DNA from: Catajapyx aquilonaris
Taxonomy: Eukaryota
Direction of reading: 5' to 3'
DNA: 64,000 bases
Assembly: GCA_000934665.2 (NCBI GenBank)
Contig: KZ538167.1
Coordinates: 1 to 64,000, forward strand
Shown piece by piece: positions 39,483 through 51,800 of this stretch; positions within the stretch are counted from its first letter, which is position 1; each line of letters opens with the position of its first letter. The notes below the pieces were generated by a model, which made no database searches, was not told the origin of the DNA, and saw only the letters and a program-made list of their open reading frames with translations. Made by a program: the position numbers and the translations under genes.

Positions 39483-42400
39483 GGAAGGTTCATTTGCCAG
39501 AAAACTTTCACGAATATAAAGAGACAGCACTGATTCAAAGCCCCATTTCCGTGCATTTCACGCGACCTAAACACATCACCTGCGGCCATTTTGGCTTCAG
39601 GATTCGATATGAGAGCCACCTGGAGACTGAGCGGATTCAGAGCCACCTGGAGGATGCAGATGAAGACCCTATGATTTTCAGAACCGCCTGAGGAGACGTA
39701 AATCCGCAAAACACACGGTTCAGAGCGTCCTCCTGCAAACCTGAGAAAGCTTTTCCCCGCTTATCCGTCTTACAATAAGGGAGATTAATTGAGGCACTCT
39801 CCACCGGCCTGCTTCTAATCTCATCACAGGTGAGCTTCACAGGGAAGAGAGATCCGCAGACAGTCATAACGCTGCAGGTTGGCCCCTGGGTATGCGGGGA
39901 TCAATATGGGGAGAGTCTGGGATAAGGAAACTGCAAGGCGTATACAATAGGATTCCTAGAACACTTCTTTTTTTCCGGTATGAACTTCGCTAATGAGTTT
40001 CCTTTATTTTATACGTCTTTTATATCCGGTTCAATTCTGCCACACTCGGTGGGTGCATATTACTAACATCTGCTCTAGCTTAAATCATCGTATGGCGTTT
40101 CCCAACAAAAACTATAGTCGATTGTTAAAACTTTTCGCCCATATTCATGAGATTGATTGATCATTTTGGAAGGGGTATATGTGCGATAAATATTGATGCA
40201 ACAGCCGTGATGTGCAAAGAGGCGTCCGATCTTAATTAGCGCCCGGAATTGATGAAGCATCGGAAGGAATTAACAAACTGTGATTTACGTTTGATGCACA
40301 ATTACTATCAGCTCCATGCTGATATGAGCAAGAGAGACTCACTCAAAAAGTTTGTTAGGAAAAAAAAATCTCGCTGCCAATTACGAATGACTACACTCGA
40401 GCGAGCTCTTTCAAGCGAGAAATCTTGACGTTTTCCTTTCCTTTTAAAAAAAAGACTGTTCCAGACGTTAATTTGAACCTCCATTTAACACGGATAATTA
40501 AAAAAGATTTGGCTGAGGGTAAAGTTTGGTCGGGCTGATTTTAACGGAACTCGATAAGCTCTCTGAATCGTGTAAATGCCGTACAACATCGTGTTTGTTC
40601 TTGCTCGCTTCCCCGGCTATATAATCACGTTTCTGCTTTTGACCAAACATCGATTACGAGCCAGGAGACAAAAATCGGGGCTGGCCATCCTGTGATTACC
40701 AATCAAGTTTAGTGATTGTCATTTTTCAGCGAGATTGTCACGTTTTTTTGAATATGGAACTGACATTTTTTGGGGGAGAGAAAAAAAAAGTGGAGATCGC
40801 GCGTGAATATAAAAGCTCGTCATTACGATTATACTGCAGGGTTCGAGACCCTGACATTATTCAAAACGTGTCTGAAATTGGCTTTAAGCCTAATGAGAAC
40901 CCGTGGTCCTTTCAACGGCGGTCATCCACACCAAAACCTTGCAAAAAAAAAAAAAATCCCCACTTTACCTCAAACATCCGGATAATGCCCGCATAACCAT
41001 AATGCGGGATTCGTGCTCTCCAAAAAAAACGTTGTGCAAATTTTGATTTTTACTACCCAATTTAACAGGTTAATTCTATTTTTTATTATGGCTTTTATAT
41101 TAGCGTCCGTTAATTAACTGTTGACATAACTAATTGAACTATTAATAGGCCGGCAATTAAATGGAGGGGATCGAACTCTATCATAGAATAGAGTTACGGC
41201 TCGTCGTATCTTTAATGTGTCTTTTTTTATCTTGGCGAAAGTCATCACATCATGGCCACCACATTTGGCCAAAAAAAATTGCGGAACCCCCTATAGAGTT
41301 GAAAATGGAACTTTCCCAACTTAATGTCCTCCTGATAACCCAAAAAATGAGCGCCCAGGTCCTCATCATCCAAAAAAAATAATTTTTTTTTGGAACTCCA
41401 GCAGCTATGGAATGTGCGAATGATGGGACCCGATCGAATGATTTATTTGCAATTTCCGTCCCTCCTCCTCTTTTTTCTTGCGTTTATCTCCAGTCTGCTG
41501 TATATATATGCAGCAATGAAGTGCTGGGGAAATGTGGGAAAGGATTAAGAGCACAGCATTTGCCTCAAACTTTAACTTCAATATTAGTTTTAGCCTCCAT
41601 GGCAACTCAGGCCACGTGATTTTTAACACCCATTTTTTTTTTTTTTGCAAAAATTCCCACGAGCCCGAGGTGTTCTGTAGCGTCTGTTTTTTAGCTCTCG
41701 TCCAAATTTTTTTTCTCTCTCGCTGAGAACTACAAGGGATGGAATAACCTAATTTTTTTCTGCATCGAGACCACACGAGGGATATGTGCATATGCAAATG
41801 AAGAGGAGCCAGGGAGCGAGCGAGAAAAGCTTCGTTTTAGCTCTTACTTTCATGATCCCTCACAGTGATTGCAGCGATTCGTAGAATAAATTTACGTACA
41901 TTGGTCGTAACAGCCTGTAAGCAAGGCTGGACCAAAGTGGTTCAAAAAAACCTGATTCATCGTAAAAATGCGGGCCAGAAAAAGCAGTAAGCAGAAAAAG
42001 GGGGGCATTGCTACCATTTTGCAAAAAAAAAAATGTGCACGGATTACTTTTGATAGCAATTATTAAATTTTTTTTTTTGAAGAAATTTTGTCGGGCATAC
42101 ATACCTGCAGTATGTGGAGTATGTGGACCAAAAACCACGATTTGGGGATGGAGGCTGTGCTTATGTAGATAATCGAATTAGGCTTAGGGGATGGTTGCAG
42201 ACGAGAGGCTTTTGGGCTGTGGAGAGACTCTTTCAAGCCTCTCTCTCGGGCAAATATGATTTAGTGAACAAGTGCATGGCGTGTGTGGAGGGAGTCCCCG
42301 ACGACGCAATCCAATTAAAGTCAGCCCCAGCCCCCCAAAGCTTTTGCAGGAGACATTAGCCGGGGTGTTCCTCTAAATGCCACCCCCTATAGAATATAGG

Positions 42401-45013
42401 ATTATGCTTCCTGATCTTCACATCAGGACTGTTTACAACCGTGGGTCATCAAGAGGGTCGCTTTGTCATACAGATTTTGGGGCGGGTGCTTTTGTCGATT
42501 GACAGCTTATGAATATGAAAAGGCTGTTGCCTCCGAACTGTGATAAATTGTTGGCGTATCGAAAACATGGTGCAAAACTTGGCATGATTTCAGCTTTTAT
42601 TTTTTGGGGGGAGCGCCCAGGAGTTCCTTGGATGGTCAATATTTTGGAAGGAGACGTCCGGAAGGAACCTCCTCTAGATGCACTTTAACGTCATTTCATG
42701 CCCAGTGATCTTGCCTTGCCTCCTCAGCAAATGAAATGAGGTCCCCTCAGTAAATTCGGCGGAGGTCGACAGCAGACAGAGGGAATAACAAGGGAAAGGG
42801 GCCCCCTTGGAGTTTATCCAGTGAGGTCTTGCCCTTTACTTGACATAGGACGATTTTTTAAACTATATTATTTCCTGGGTCTATATGTCGAGCTTTGAAC
42901 TAGAGCCAGGAATGTGGAACTGAAAATAATCGCTAATCCAGTGCGTGTGTGAAGCCGCGTGTAATCCTTTATTTTGGGCGTGGATGGCCATTTCGCTCCG
43001 GATAGTTTTAAGCTCCCGGATTTATTCACTGAATTGGCAAAAAAAGGGGGGGCTGAATTTTGAATGTTTTTTTTTTTGGGGGTACCGGTACGTTCATCTT
43101 GGGTTGTTTGTTGCTAGGAGGAAGATCATGCGCATCTGAGCCAAAGTGGCCAATTTTTACAAGGGCCATCTAGCTGCGGCTTAGGATTTCTCTGGATTGT
43201 AGTAGAAACGTTACCGTTTTTTTCTCTATCCGAGGCCCTTGATGGCACCGCAAGTCTCGAGCCCATCACGTCCTTTTTCTCCCGGCTCAATTTCCTACCA
43301 TGAAACAACCAACTAATTGCATCCGGAGTCTGCCCTAGAAAAACGATCTTTCTCGTTGCTTCTTCTACTTATCCTTTTTTTTCCTCCTCATTTTTTTAAA
43401 GACTTTTTTTTTCTAAGTCTTGTTACGTGTAAGGGCAGGTAATCAGTGTTTTTTTCAGTACAGAACACGAGCTTATCAGGGTCGAAACTAATCTGGAGAC
43501 TAGGAGGAAAAATGGCGGGTTCCATTAAGGCGACTAGGCAATAAGGTGTCGAGCAGTTAGATAAGACAAAGAGGGGTTGACATAGTTCGCTGGTCCTCAT
43601 GTTTTCGGTTCTCTTTGTCGCGCCCTGTGATTTACGTGTGTTGGTCCAGTCGACAGTCCCCAACTTGATGGATGCGATTGGTGATTACTTCCAGGCAGGA
43701 CTAGGGACCTCGAACAAGAATAAGCAATTTGGTCAAGTGGAAAGGCGTGACCGAGAGAAGACTTGTTCGGGAAAAGTGCGGGTCATGCTGACAATGCTGA
43801 CATGTAGCCGTTAGTGATGTATGGGGAAAGGTGAGGTATGACAAGTGGACGATTAATTTATTGCGTGTATAAAGTTTGCGGGATGGATTGAGCGGTGGGG
43901 GTAAACCGAATTTACTGGCGGATTGTGGGGCAGGGTTGCTTGAAAAATGTGGGGGCTGCTGATTAATACTTATTAGAGCATCTGCATGTAAATAGGTTTA
44001 GGGCCACGCTTTTCAAAACACAATGCAAATAGTATTGGGGGGGGGGGGGNTGGGGATGGTGGAGGACCATGCTTAGGCCGCTAATGTCGTTTAAATTTAA
44101 TTAACAATTAATGGAATGACAATGGCACGATTTCAAATTGGCACTGTGTCAGTTTGGATGCGTGCAAACATGTGACAGAATTTATATTAGTAGTATTCCT
44201 ACTATATGGCGTGTAATTGGTGTTGATGTACTAATATACATTTTGATGATTCTATTGTACGGTATTGTAATGTCGCAAAATTGGCATTAAAAACCTAAAC
44301 AAATCATATGACAAAAGTCGCAATAGGAGAAAAAAAAGCAACAAGCAATGTGCTATTATTAAATAAATGATAACCACGCAATTATAAGTCACAATTAGTA
44401 ATGCAATATAAAATAATTAACAAACTCCGATAAGTAAAATGTAACGATTTTAAATGAATCGTGTAACAACTCGTCCCCATTCAGGACTGAAGCCTACAGT
44501 GCATGAGTGACTGAAAAGCTGAACAAAATCTCGAACAAATTGCACCCTATTATTAGCACCGCTATTTTGAGGGATGTTATTTGCGTTAGTCCATTTGGCG
44601 CGAGCAAATTCCAAAGCGAAGGTTTTAACGTTGCTTGATGTTTTTTTTTTGGGGGGGGGGGGGTGTTCTCACCCGCAACATTTCAAACTTTATTTGCTGT
44701 CAGCTTTTATGAAGTCTCCGGATTAATCTAAGATTTTACACCCGCCCAATGTAATCCATAACAATGTCAAAAGTTGGATTAGATTGTCTCTCACACATTC
44801 CCATGCAAATGAGCGCGAATGTGACAAATCCTTCACCTTATGCCATCCATTAAATCCGGGAACTCTGTAGGATGATGGACGATAAACGCAGAGTAATCCA
44901 AGCCGATTCAGTCAACATTTCTGGCACGGTTACTTTTTTATGGTTGTCAAATGCAATGTAGCTGTGAGGTGAGCATCGGGTGTATTTATTTCTGTCCTCT
45001 TTCCTCCCCTCAG

Positions 45014-45521
45014 GTGACGGAAGACAAAGCCAATCTTGATTCCCGGTGCGGTGTTTCCATGACATGAAGCCTGAACATCGGTCATGGGAAAAAGAATCAA
45101 TCTCGGATTGAGCGAGTGAGTGAGATAGGCCAGAGAGTGATGGAGGGCCCGTAATTATCCCTTGGGCAGCAGCACCCCATCTTGTCCACCAGGGAGAAGC
45201 AAACCCAGGAAACCTATCCCGTCCCTTCCCCTACTCGGCAACTTCTTCTTCGAACCGAATCCCGGAAGCCATGTCCCGGAACACCTTTCCAGCGTTAATG
45301 GCATGTGGGCGCCGATGCGAAGGAGAGTGGCCATTATTTTGTGTGGAGTGGCATTAGTTTTCACGTGGAGCAGGCACTAGTCCCTGGAGCTGGGCAGGTG
45401 GACCCCGCAGCCCAGTGTTACCAGGTGCCTCCGTCTGACAACCCTGATTCCCACGTGGCAAGGGCAATGGCCATTGTGGTTCAGGACCAGCCGGATTTGG
45501 AGGTGTGACATGACCAGTAAG
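45014..45521 (+). other. Candidate 5'-UTR exon of the SLC16-like gene
   Basis: Long pyrimidine tract acceptor (tttctgtcctctttcctcccctcag, ends 45013) and GC-rich body. The AAG|GTAGGT donor at 45522 gives a 66-nt intron to 45587, close to the 59-61-nt minimal introns in CYB5R4. Confidence 0.42.
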
Positions 45522-45629
45522 GTAGGTACTGAAGCTAATTATGAATCATGCATTGTATGATTTTTAATCTTTTTTTTTGGAGTGCAGCAGATTTCCATTG
45601 CCTGCGGCGGGTAGGTGTATCGAGCAGGG

Positions 45630-45885
45630 ATGATGGGCGAGAACGAGAGCCAGTGCAGCGAGGAGCTGAGCAGCCATACTCCGACGCCTCCATTTTGCCC
45701 ATCGTCCCCGCTCTACCCGACCGCCTCTTCCAGCAAAGGCTCGCATCGTCGTTTGATCGACTACCAATCGACTTCCGCGGCAAGACAGCTTCCGCCACAG
45801 TCGCCACACACTTCCTCCTGTCCTCACCATGGATGCAGCATGCGACACCATACGCTCGAGAGAGGCTACCCTGGATCTGCCAGGG
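45630..45885 (+). CDS. Putative first coding exon of the SLC16-like gene (MMGENESQCSEELSS...CPHHGCSMRHHTLERGYPGSAR)
   Basis: GC-rich exon-like island after a T-tract and tandem tgcagcag acceptor (AG ends at 45587 or 45590); in-frame TAG at 45612-45614 upstream of the ATG at 45630; strong G|gtaagt donor at 45886; phase compatible with the exon at 55218. No recognisable domain by itself. Confidence 0.68.
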
Positions 45886-48800
45886 GTAAGTGACCCTTAG
45901 ACACACACGGCAACCTGATAAGCTCAATCACTGTCGCATTATAAAAGGCGAACTCCGCAACTTTCGTCTTAACTTTGCAACAATCTGGAGTGACGTCTGT
46001 CGCTTCAAATCGCCTCTTTCACACTTAATGTATGCGTCCATTAGTTGGAAAATGTGGATCAGCCGAAGGTATTTCCCAGTGCCAACACTCTTGGAGTGTT
46101 GACACTTCCAGGCATTTTCCGAAACGCCAGTCCGACTGTGAATAGTTCCGGCTTCGCTTCTTCTTCTTTTTTTTTTTCGTGAAAAAAGGTGGGCTGGAAC
46201 TTCAATTGAATTTGCAGGGAAGGCCTTATTTTCCCCTCCCTCCTTTGCTTTTCCGCCTCTGGCCCCCGTGTTTACCTTTCGCAGTTTGCAGAAAAAGTTG
46301 TCCGAAGCGACACCTATCCCTGAGGCTCCTGGAGTTGCATAGAGATGGACTCCTTTTTATTCCTCTTTCGACTTTTTTTTTGGGGGGGGGGGAGGTGGGG
46401 GAAGCTGTGTCATCAAATCGGACGAGCTCACGCCCGGGAGAGTTTCTGCCAATATTCTCGAAACACTTTGGGTCTGCTAATTGCCAAAGTTTCATTCTTA
46501 CTCGGGCGAGCTTTATGATTCCACTGCCTGTCGTTTTCCTAGGATAACGGGCTTGACACAGAAGCTTGGCTGGCAGGCAAAAGGGACAGTTACGCCATTT
46601 CCTAACTGTTAGTTAAGCCATCTGCCTTGTTAACAAAAATTCGCAGTTTATGTTGTTGCTTGTTGTTAACAGTAGTTCCAGTTATCAAACAAAAATAAGC
46701 AATGTTCTTTGCTGCTTATTGTTAACATTTCTACCACTTTTTCAAACGCAATGAATGACGATGAAGATAGTTATTAACTGACAAATGTTGTCAATTAAGC
46801 TATCTGTATAGTTTTGCATCCACAAACGTATAGGGGGCTTTGGGTCCTGTAGGTTCATTTTTCACCGGACGTTTTTGCTAATCCGGTGAAATATAACGCT
46901 TTGAGTATGGGGCCGATTATAATTTTCCTGCGTTATTCTATGGATGAGGGAGGGTGAATTTTCATAGCCTCACACAAAAATGTCTAACTCGTTAAGCTGC
47001 TTGCGGGTGCTGATTAATCGCTGCGTTTTGTGTGCGCAGCAGGCGTTGTCATCCTGCTTTGTTCGGAGGTCACTAAGCCGGCGTGTAAATGCACTGCGAA
47101 TTATTCTATGGGCGGACAATATCACAGGGTGTCGCCATCAATCCTTATGATGATTTCCTTCTTTAATATAAGGGAGCTATGGAACACCCTGCTGTCTAGC
47201 TTCCGGGCCATTACTGGAAATATGAGATTCGTCCCTCGCTTTTTTTTTCGCTGTTTCTTAAAAAGCCTTCCACTGCTGGTTATGGCGTGCTTCCAGGCAC
47301 AAGTGGACGTGACGGGATTTGTTTGCCGCATGTACAGTACCTAGGCCCTGAAGCTGTTAAAATATTTTGCATTATGGAGTGTTGTTCGTACTTTTTTTCC
47401 CCCTGCTTATTCTGAGGCGTGTACTGTACGCACAAATCGATACAGGGTGTGCCTGAATTGAGTCAGGTCGTTTCTGAATGGTGTGACCTGCGGAAGTACC
47501 ATTGTGAAGATGGGGGTAAAAAAAGTCTTCCGGAACTTTTCTCCGGGAGGAAACGGGCCCCATCCAAAGGCGTTAACTGCTGCACAAAGTTGGCGCGTTC
47601 CTCATGGCGAACATGTCTCTTGGGATACCCAAATAAGGCCACTTTATCCAAGAGAGCTCTAGAGAACATTTCCGCAAAACTTCTTTCAAGCTGTGGGATT
47701 ATATTGGAGCACTTAGTTATGCATTGAATTATGCCAATGAAGAATCTTTGACATGCCTTAAATTAAAGGGAAAGATGCTGAACTGCTGCTATATTATATA
47801 GTTATCTCAATTTTTGCATTGAAATGCTGCATCCTCCAGCATACAGTAAAACATGCAGTAAATCTTTCATAAATATATCAGCGCACTGCATAATTGATTC
47901 CTCCTATATGTAAATGCGAATAATTTATCACCTTCTTGACGCATGCACATACTGCAAAGAATTTTTTAAAGGCCCTGGGATGAAAAGGAGGGCAAAAGAC
48001 GAATAATAAGACGAAGGATGAAAAATGGTTCTAACCCACGCACCCACCTTTAAACCACTTTAAAGCAACTGATGATAGCTTATAAAGTCCTTCATCCAAG
48101 ATACGCTACATTTCTTCTGGCGCTTTTCCCAATCCTTCGTAAAACGTCAATCTCTGCTCACTTTTTTTTTTCGTCCGCGAAACTTTGATGCTCTTTTGAT
48201 GTTTCCATTTCTCGAGCGTGACACACTCTCTAGCTTCTATATAGCCTATATGATTTTATATTATAGTCGCCGCGTATGACGCCAGATATGGACCACCAAT
48301 TATGACCGCGGAACGCCACCAACATTCGGCACATTTAACATTCACTACACATCGTGCATGATAAAACCCGACCTTTTCAGCAAACTGCCCCCATTTTTTT
48401 TAAAAAAAAGGGCCCAGTCCTCTGGTGGTGAGCAGCCAACTGACACTCACAATGGACGCCTCGCCTTCATAATTATTCGAGAGCTGTTGACGTAGGTCCG
48501 CCCTGTCCAGCAGAAACCGTCCCAAAATTGCTTGAGGGACAAGCCTCTGAATTCTATTCCCAGACTGTGTCCACTATAAGGGACATTAAGTCTGCCCGCA
48601 AAACCTGGCTTCATTTCTGCCACTGCAAACAAGCCCGAAGGCTTCTGTTTGCAATTTTTTTTGCCCCCCGAAATACAAGGTGTCTTGTGAACAGGGTGTT
48701 TCATAATTCTATAGGCAAACACCAGAATATGTACGAGTATATATCTAGGCCGGGCTGTTATTTCGCCTCTGGTTGAATGGAGGCTCGGTTGGGTGCCCTG

Positions 48801-51800
48801 AACTACGCGGTTCTAATTGCACGCCCACATGAGAGGGCGATGCTATGTTCGTGCCACTGCACTGTATGTATATGGAAAGGGGGTGTGTGGGGGGAGACAC
48901 AATTTGCACTGGGAATCCGCTCGCAAATTGTCTAATGCCGGGGTTGGGATGTCCAAATTAAAATTGTTTGGCACGATAAGCCTACACCGAGAAAGGGGGA
49001 GTGTTGCATAGTTATTGTGGATCTGCATTGTTTCTTAACTAGCCGGTGTAACTTTTGGGGACTAGTTCTTGGTCCGTTTTATGTTGAGGGTTATTTGGCA
49101 TGCGGCGCGTCGTTATGCAGTAGTAAAATGCTTTTTACTGCTTGATGTGGCGTGACTTGGATGCGTATGCAACCCTAGTTTACATCTTAAAGGCTCGACT
49201 TGCAGAATGATGAGTTAGGCATTGTGCAATATAGATCCTGGTGGTAAAGTCAGTTTTATAACTCTCTTGTAGAGAAATACAAACCATAAACTTCAAACCA
49301 TCATAGTATGACTACAGTTCATTTGCATTTACTGGTTGTAGAGCAAATGAGAAGAATGGAAGTCAAATGAAACATTTGTTATGTTCAATCAGAATATCTT
49401 TTGATTGAACCTAATTTTAGCACTGGCATAATACTTCCAGGTAATATTTTCTTGTAAATTGATCTGCAAATAGCTCGGAATCAAATTGCAAATTTGCGCT
49501 GCTTCATTCAGGCTCAATTAGCTCCAGTTCATCAGTTGGTTACATCAGTCCAACTATAGTGTTTTTGACAGTTTGCTGCGTTTCTCAAGGATCTCCTGAA
49601 TTCCCGGGAGTTGTTTCACAAAGAATTTGTCCCCCATCATACGGGCATAAGGGTATAGGGAACAAAACTATTAAGGTCTTAGTCTGAAACTACTGTATAG
49701 TTATTTGTAAAATGAACAGTCGTCTTGCAAGGAAACAAACATGTATGCTTGTACAAGCTTGTATGTACTGTTAGTACATTTTGAGTCCCCAACTTTCGTT
49801 TAGTCCGCGTATATTTATGTGTGACTTACCTTTATGTCCTGTTATGAACTGTTAGAAGGGTTAAATAGTCATGCCAAATATAATTTTATAATTTTTTCTG
49901 AATTAATTGGACTTTGCTAGTGCACCACCATGTATACACCAGGGTAGAACTGCAGATGGCAAAAATTCACACGCTTTTTTAGAAATTGTCTCTCTAGAGG
50001 CTGCTCTATGCGCACAGTAACTTTATTCACCACACATGTCCTGCTCGTTCAGTACACCCCCCCCCCCCCAAAAAAAAAAAAAAAAATCTCCATTCGAGAC
50101 CTCCCAACTGGCTATTGCTTTTTTTATTCTTTCTAGTCTCCTGCTGGCGGATGGCCATTTCCCATAGCAACATTAACAGTAGATACCGGTACCGCTCTCA
50201 TTGGCACTATACGGGCCAGATTTGTTGTTGAATCATGTTTGGATTTTCTATCCCCGAATTTTTTCGCCGACTTGTAATGCAGACTTGTGTATATTTCATG
50301 CGTCTCCGGGCCCAGCAAAGGCTTGAATATGAAAATTCTCTCCGCTTGGGTTTTGCCTCTTGGTCCATGGAGCGTGTGACAAAGTTGCGGGTTTTATGTA
50401 TATAGTAGGGGGGGTGAGGACAGCAGGGAAGGGGTTTGGTAGATGCCAAGACAGGAATCTAATTACTTGGGAGGCAACTACAAGGAACTTTATCCGAGTG
50501 GAAAGGGAAGAAGAGCATATCCCTGAGAGGAAACCTCCCATTTACATTCCCAGCTCTAAGAAGGAGATGTCAGCATTTGAAATCGGGAATTCCATTTTGA
50601 GATTATGGAAACTGCGATCACACACACCCGAAAAAAAACGGCCTGATGTATGTCTTGTATGGAAGAAAAAAAATATCTGGACGATTTAAGCCAGGAGATA
50701 GAGCATTGACACCGCTGAGAAGATGGGGTTGATCGATTCAAATAGAATTTGGGCTTCAGGCGTTTGAGCGGCAGATTTCTGAGATTATGCTGGCAGCCAG
50801 GAGGTGCTTGATCGCTTCTAATCGCGTCAGCCGCTCGAGGCCTTCTTTTCCAACCCACGATCTCAATTACATGGCTGCTCAAGTTTCCTTCTTGTAAGAT
50901 GCACTTTAACCACAAGCTGTAAGACCGGAATAATGTTTCATTAGAAAAAGAAAGTACGTCAATTTGTACTTTGGTTTAATCGTACAATTTTTTGCACTAG
51001 TTTGGATCAATGGAAGGTCGGAAAGTAGAGGTTGATTTTTGGTTCAATATTAGAATGATTGTCTGGAACTTTTTAAAAATATATGTAGGCCTAGCACAGC
51101 AGGAGAATTCATCCCACTATTCATGTAAAATCGACAAGTACGGTTAAGAGTCATGCATGAATAGCACTGAATGTAGGATACATCAACTTGACGGTCCCAC
51201 GCCTGACGAAATATTTGGTGTAACCAATCCGGCAGCATATGCCCAATTGCTTCAAAAATTATGTTGATTTCAAATATTTCGAATTCGCATTCGTTCCACT
51301 TTTTTCCAGTCTAAAACTGGCAAAACACGTGTGTTCGTTGGCATGATGTACAGTATTACTCCCACAAGCACAACATCACCAGTTCAAACAAATAATCAAT
51401 TTCAGGCAGGAAAGCTGTAATCAGGTTAACTGCGGCACGTCCATGCTGCAAAAAAATTCGTGTCATAGTTCAGTTTCATATTTTTTAGTGGAATTTAGAT
51501 ACGGGTTTATGAACTGAAATTAAGTGATAATCGCTTGTGATGTGCGTAGGTGTTCACATTATAAACGCTCGTTGGCTTAGTACTGCACAAGTTTATACAA
51601 AAATTTAAATCCGCAGGTGACCACATTTGAAATCGTTTGAAATTAGCTAAAAAAATCTTTCTCGTGTAGACGTTTATTTGAACGTATGTCAGCAAAAGAT
51701 AGCTCAATTTTGACCAAAATATTCCCCCAAAATGTTGCAGAGTGGACGACTGACAATAACGGGCAGGCAGCATATAGGAGAGTACAGAAGTGCCTTTTGT

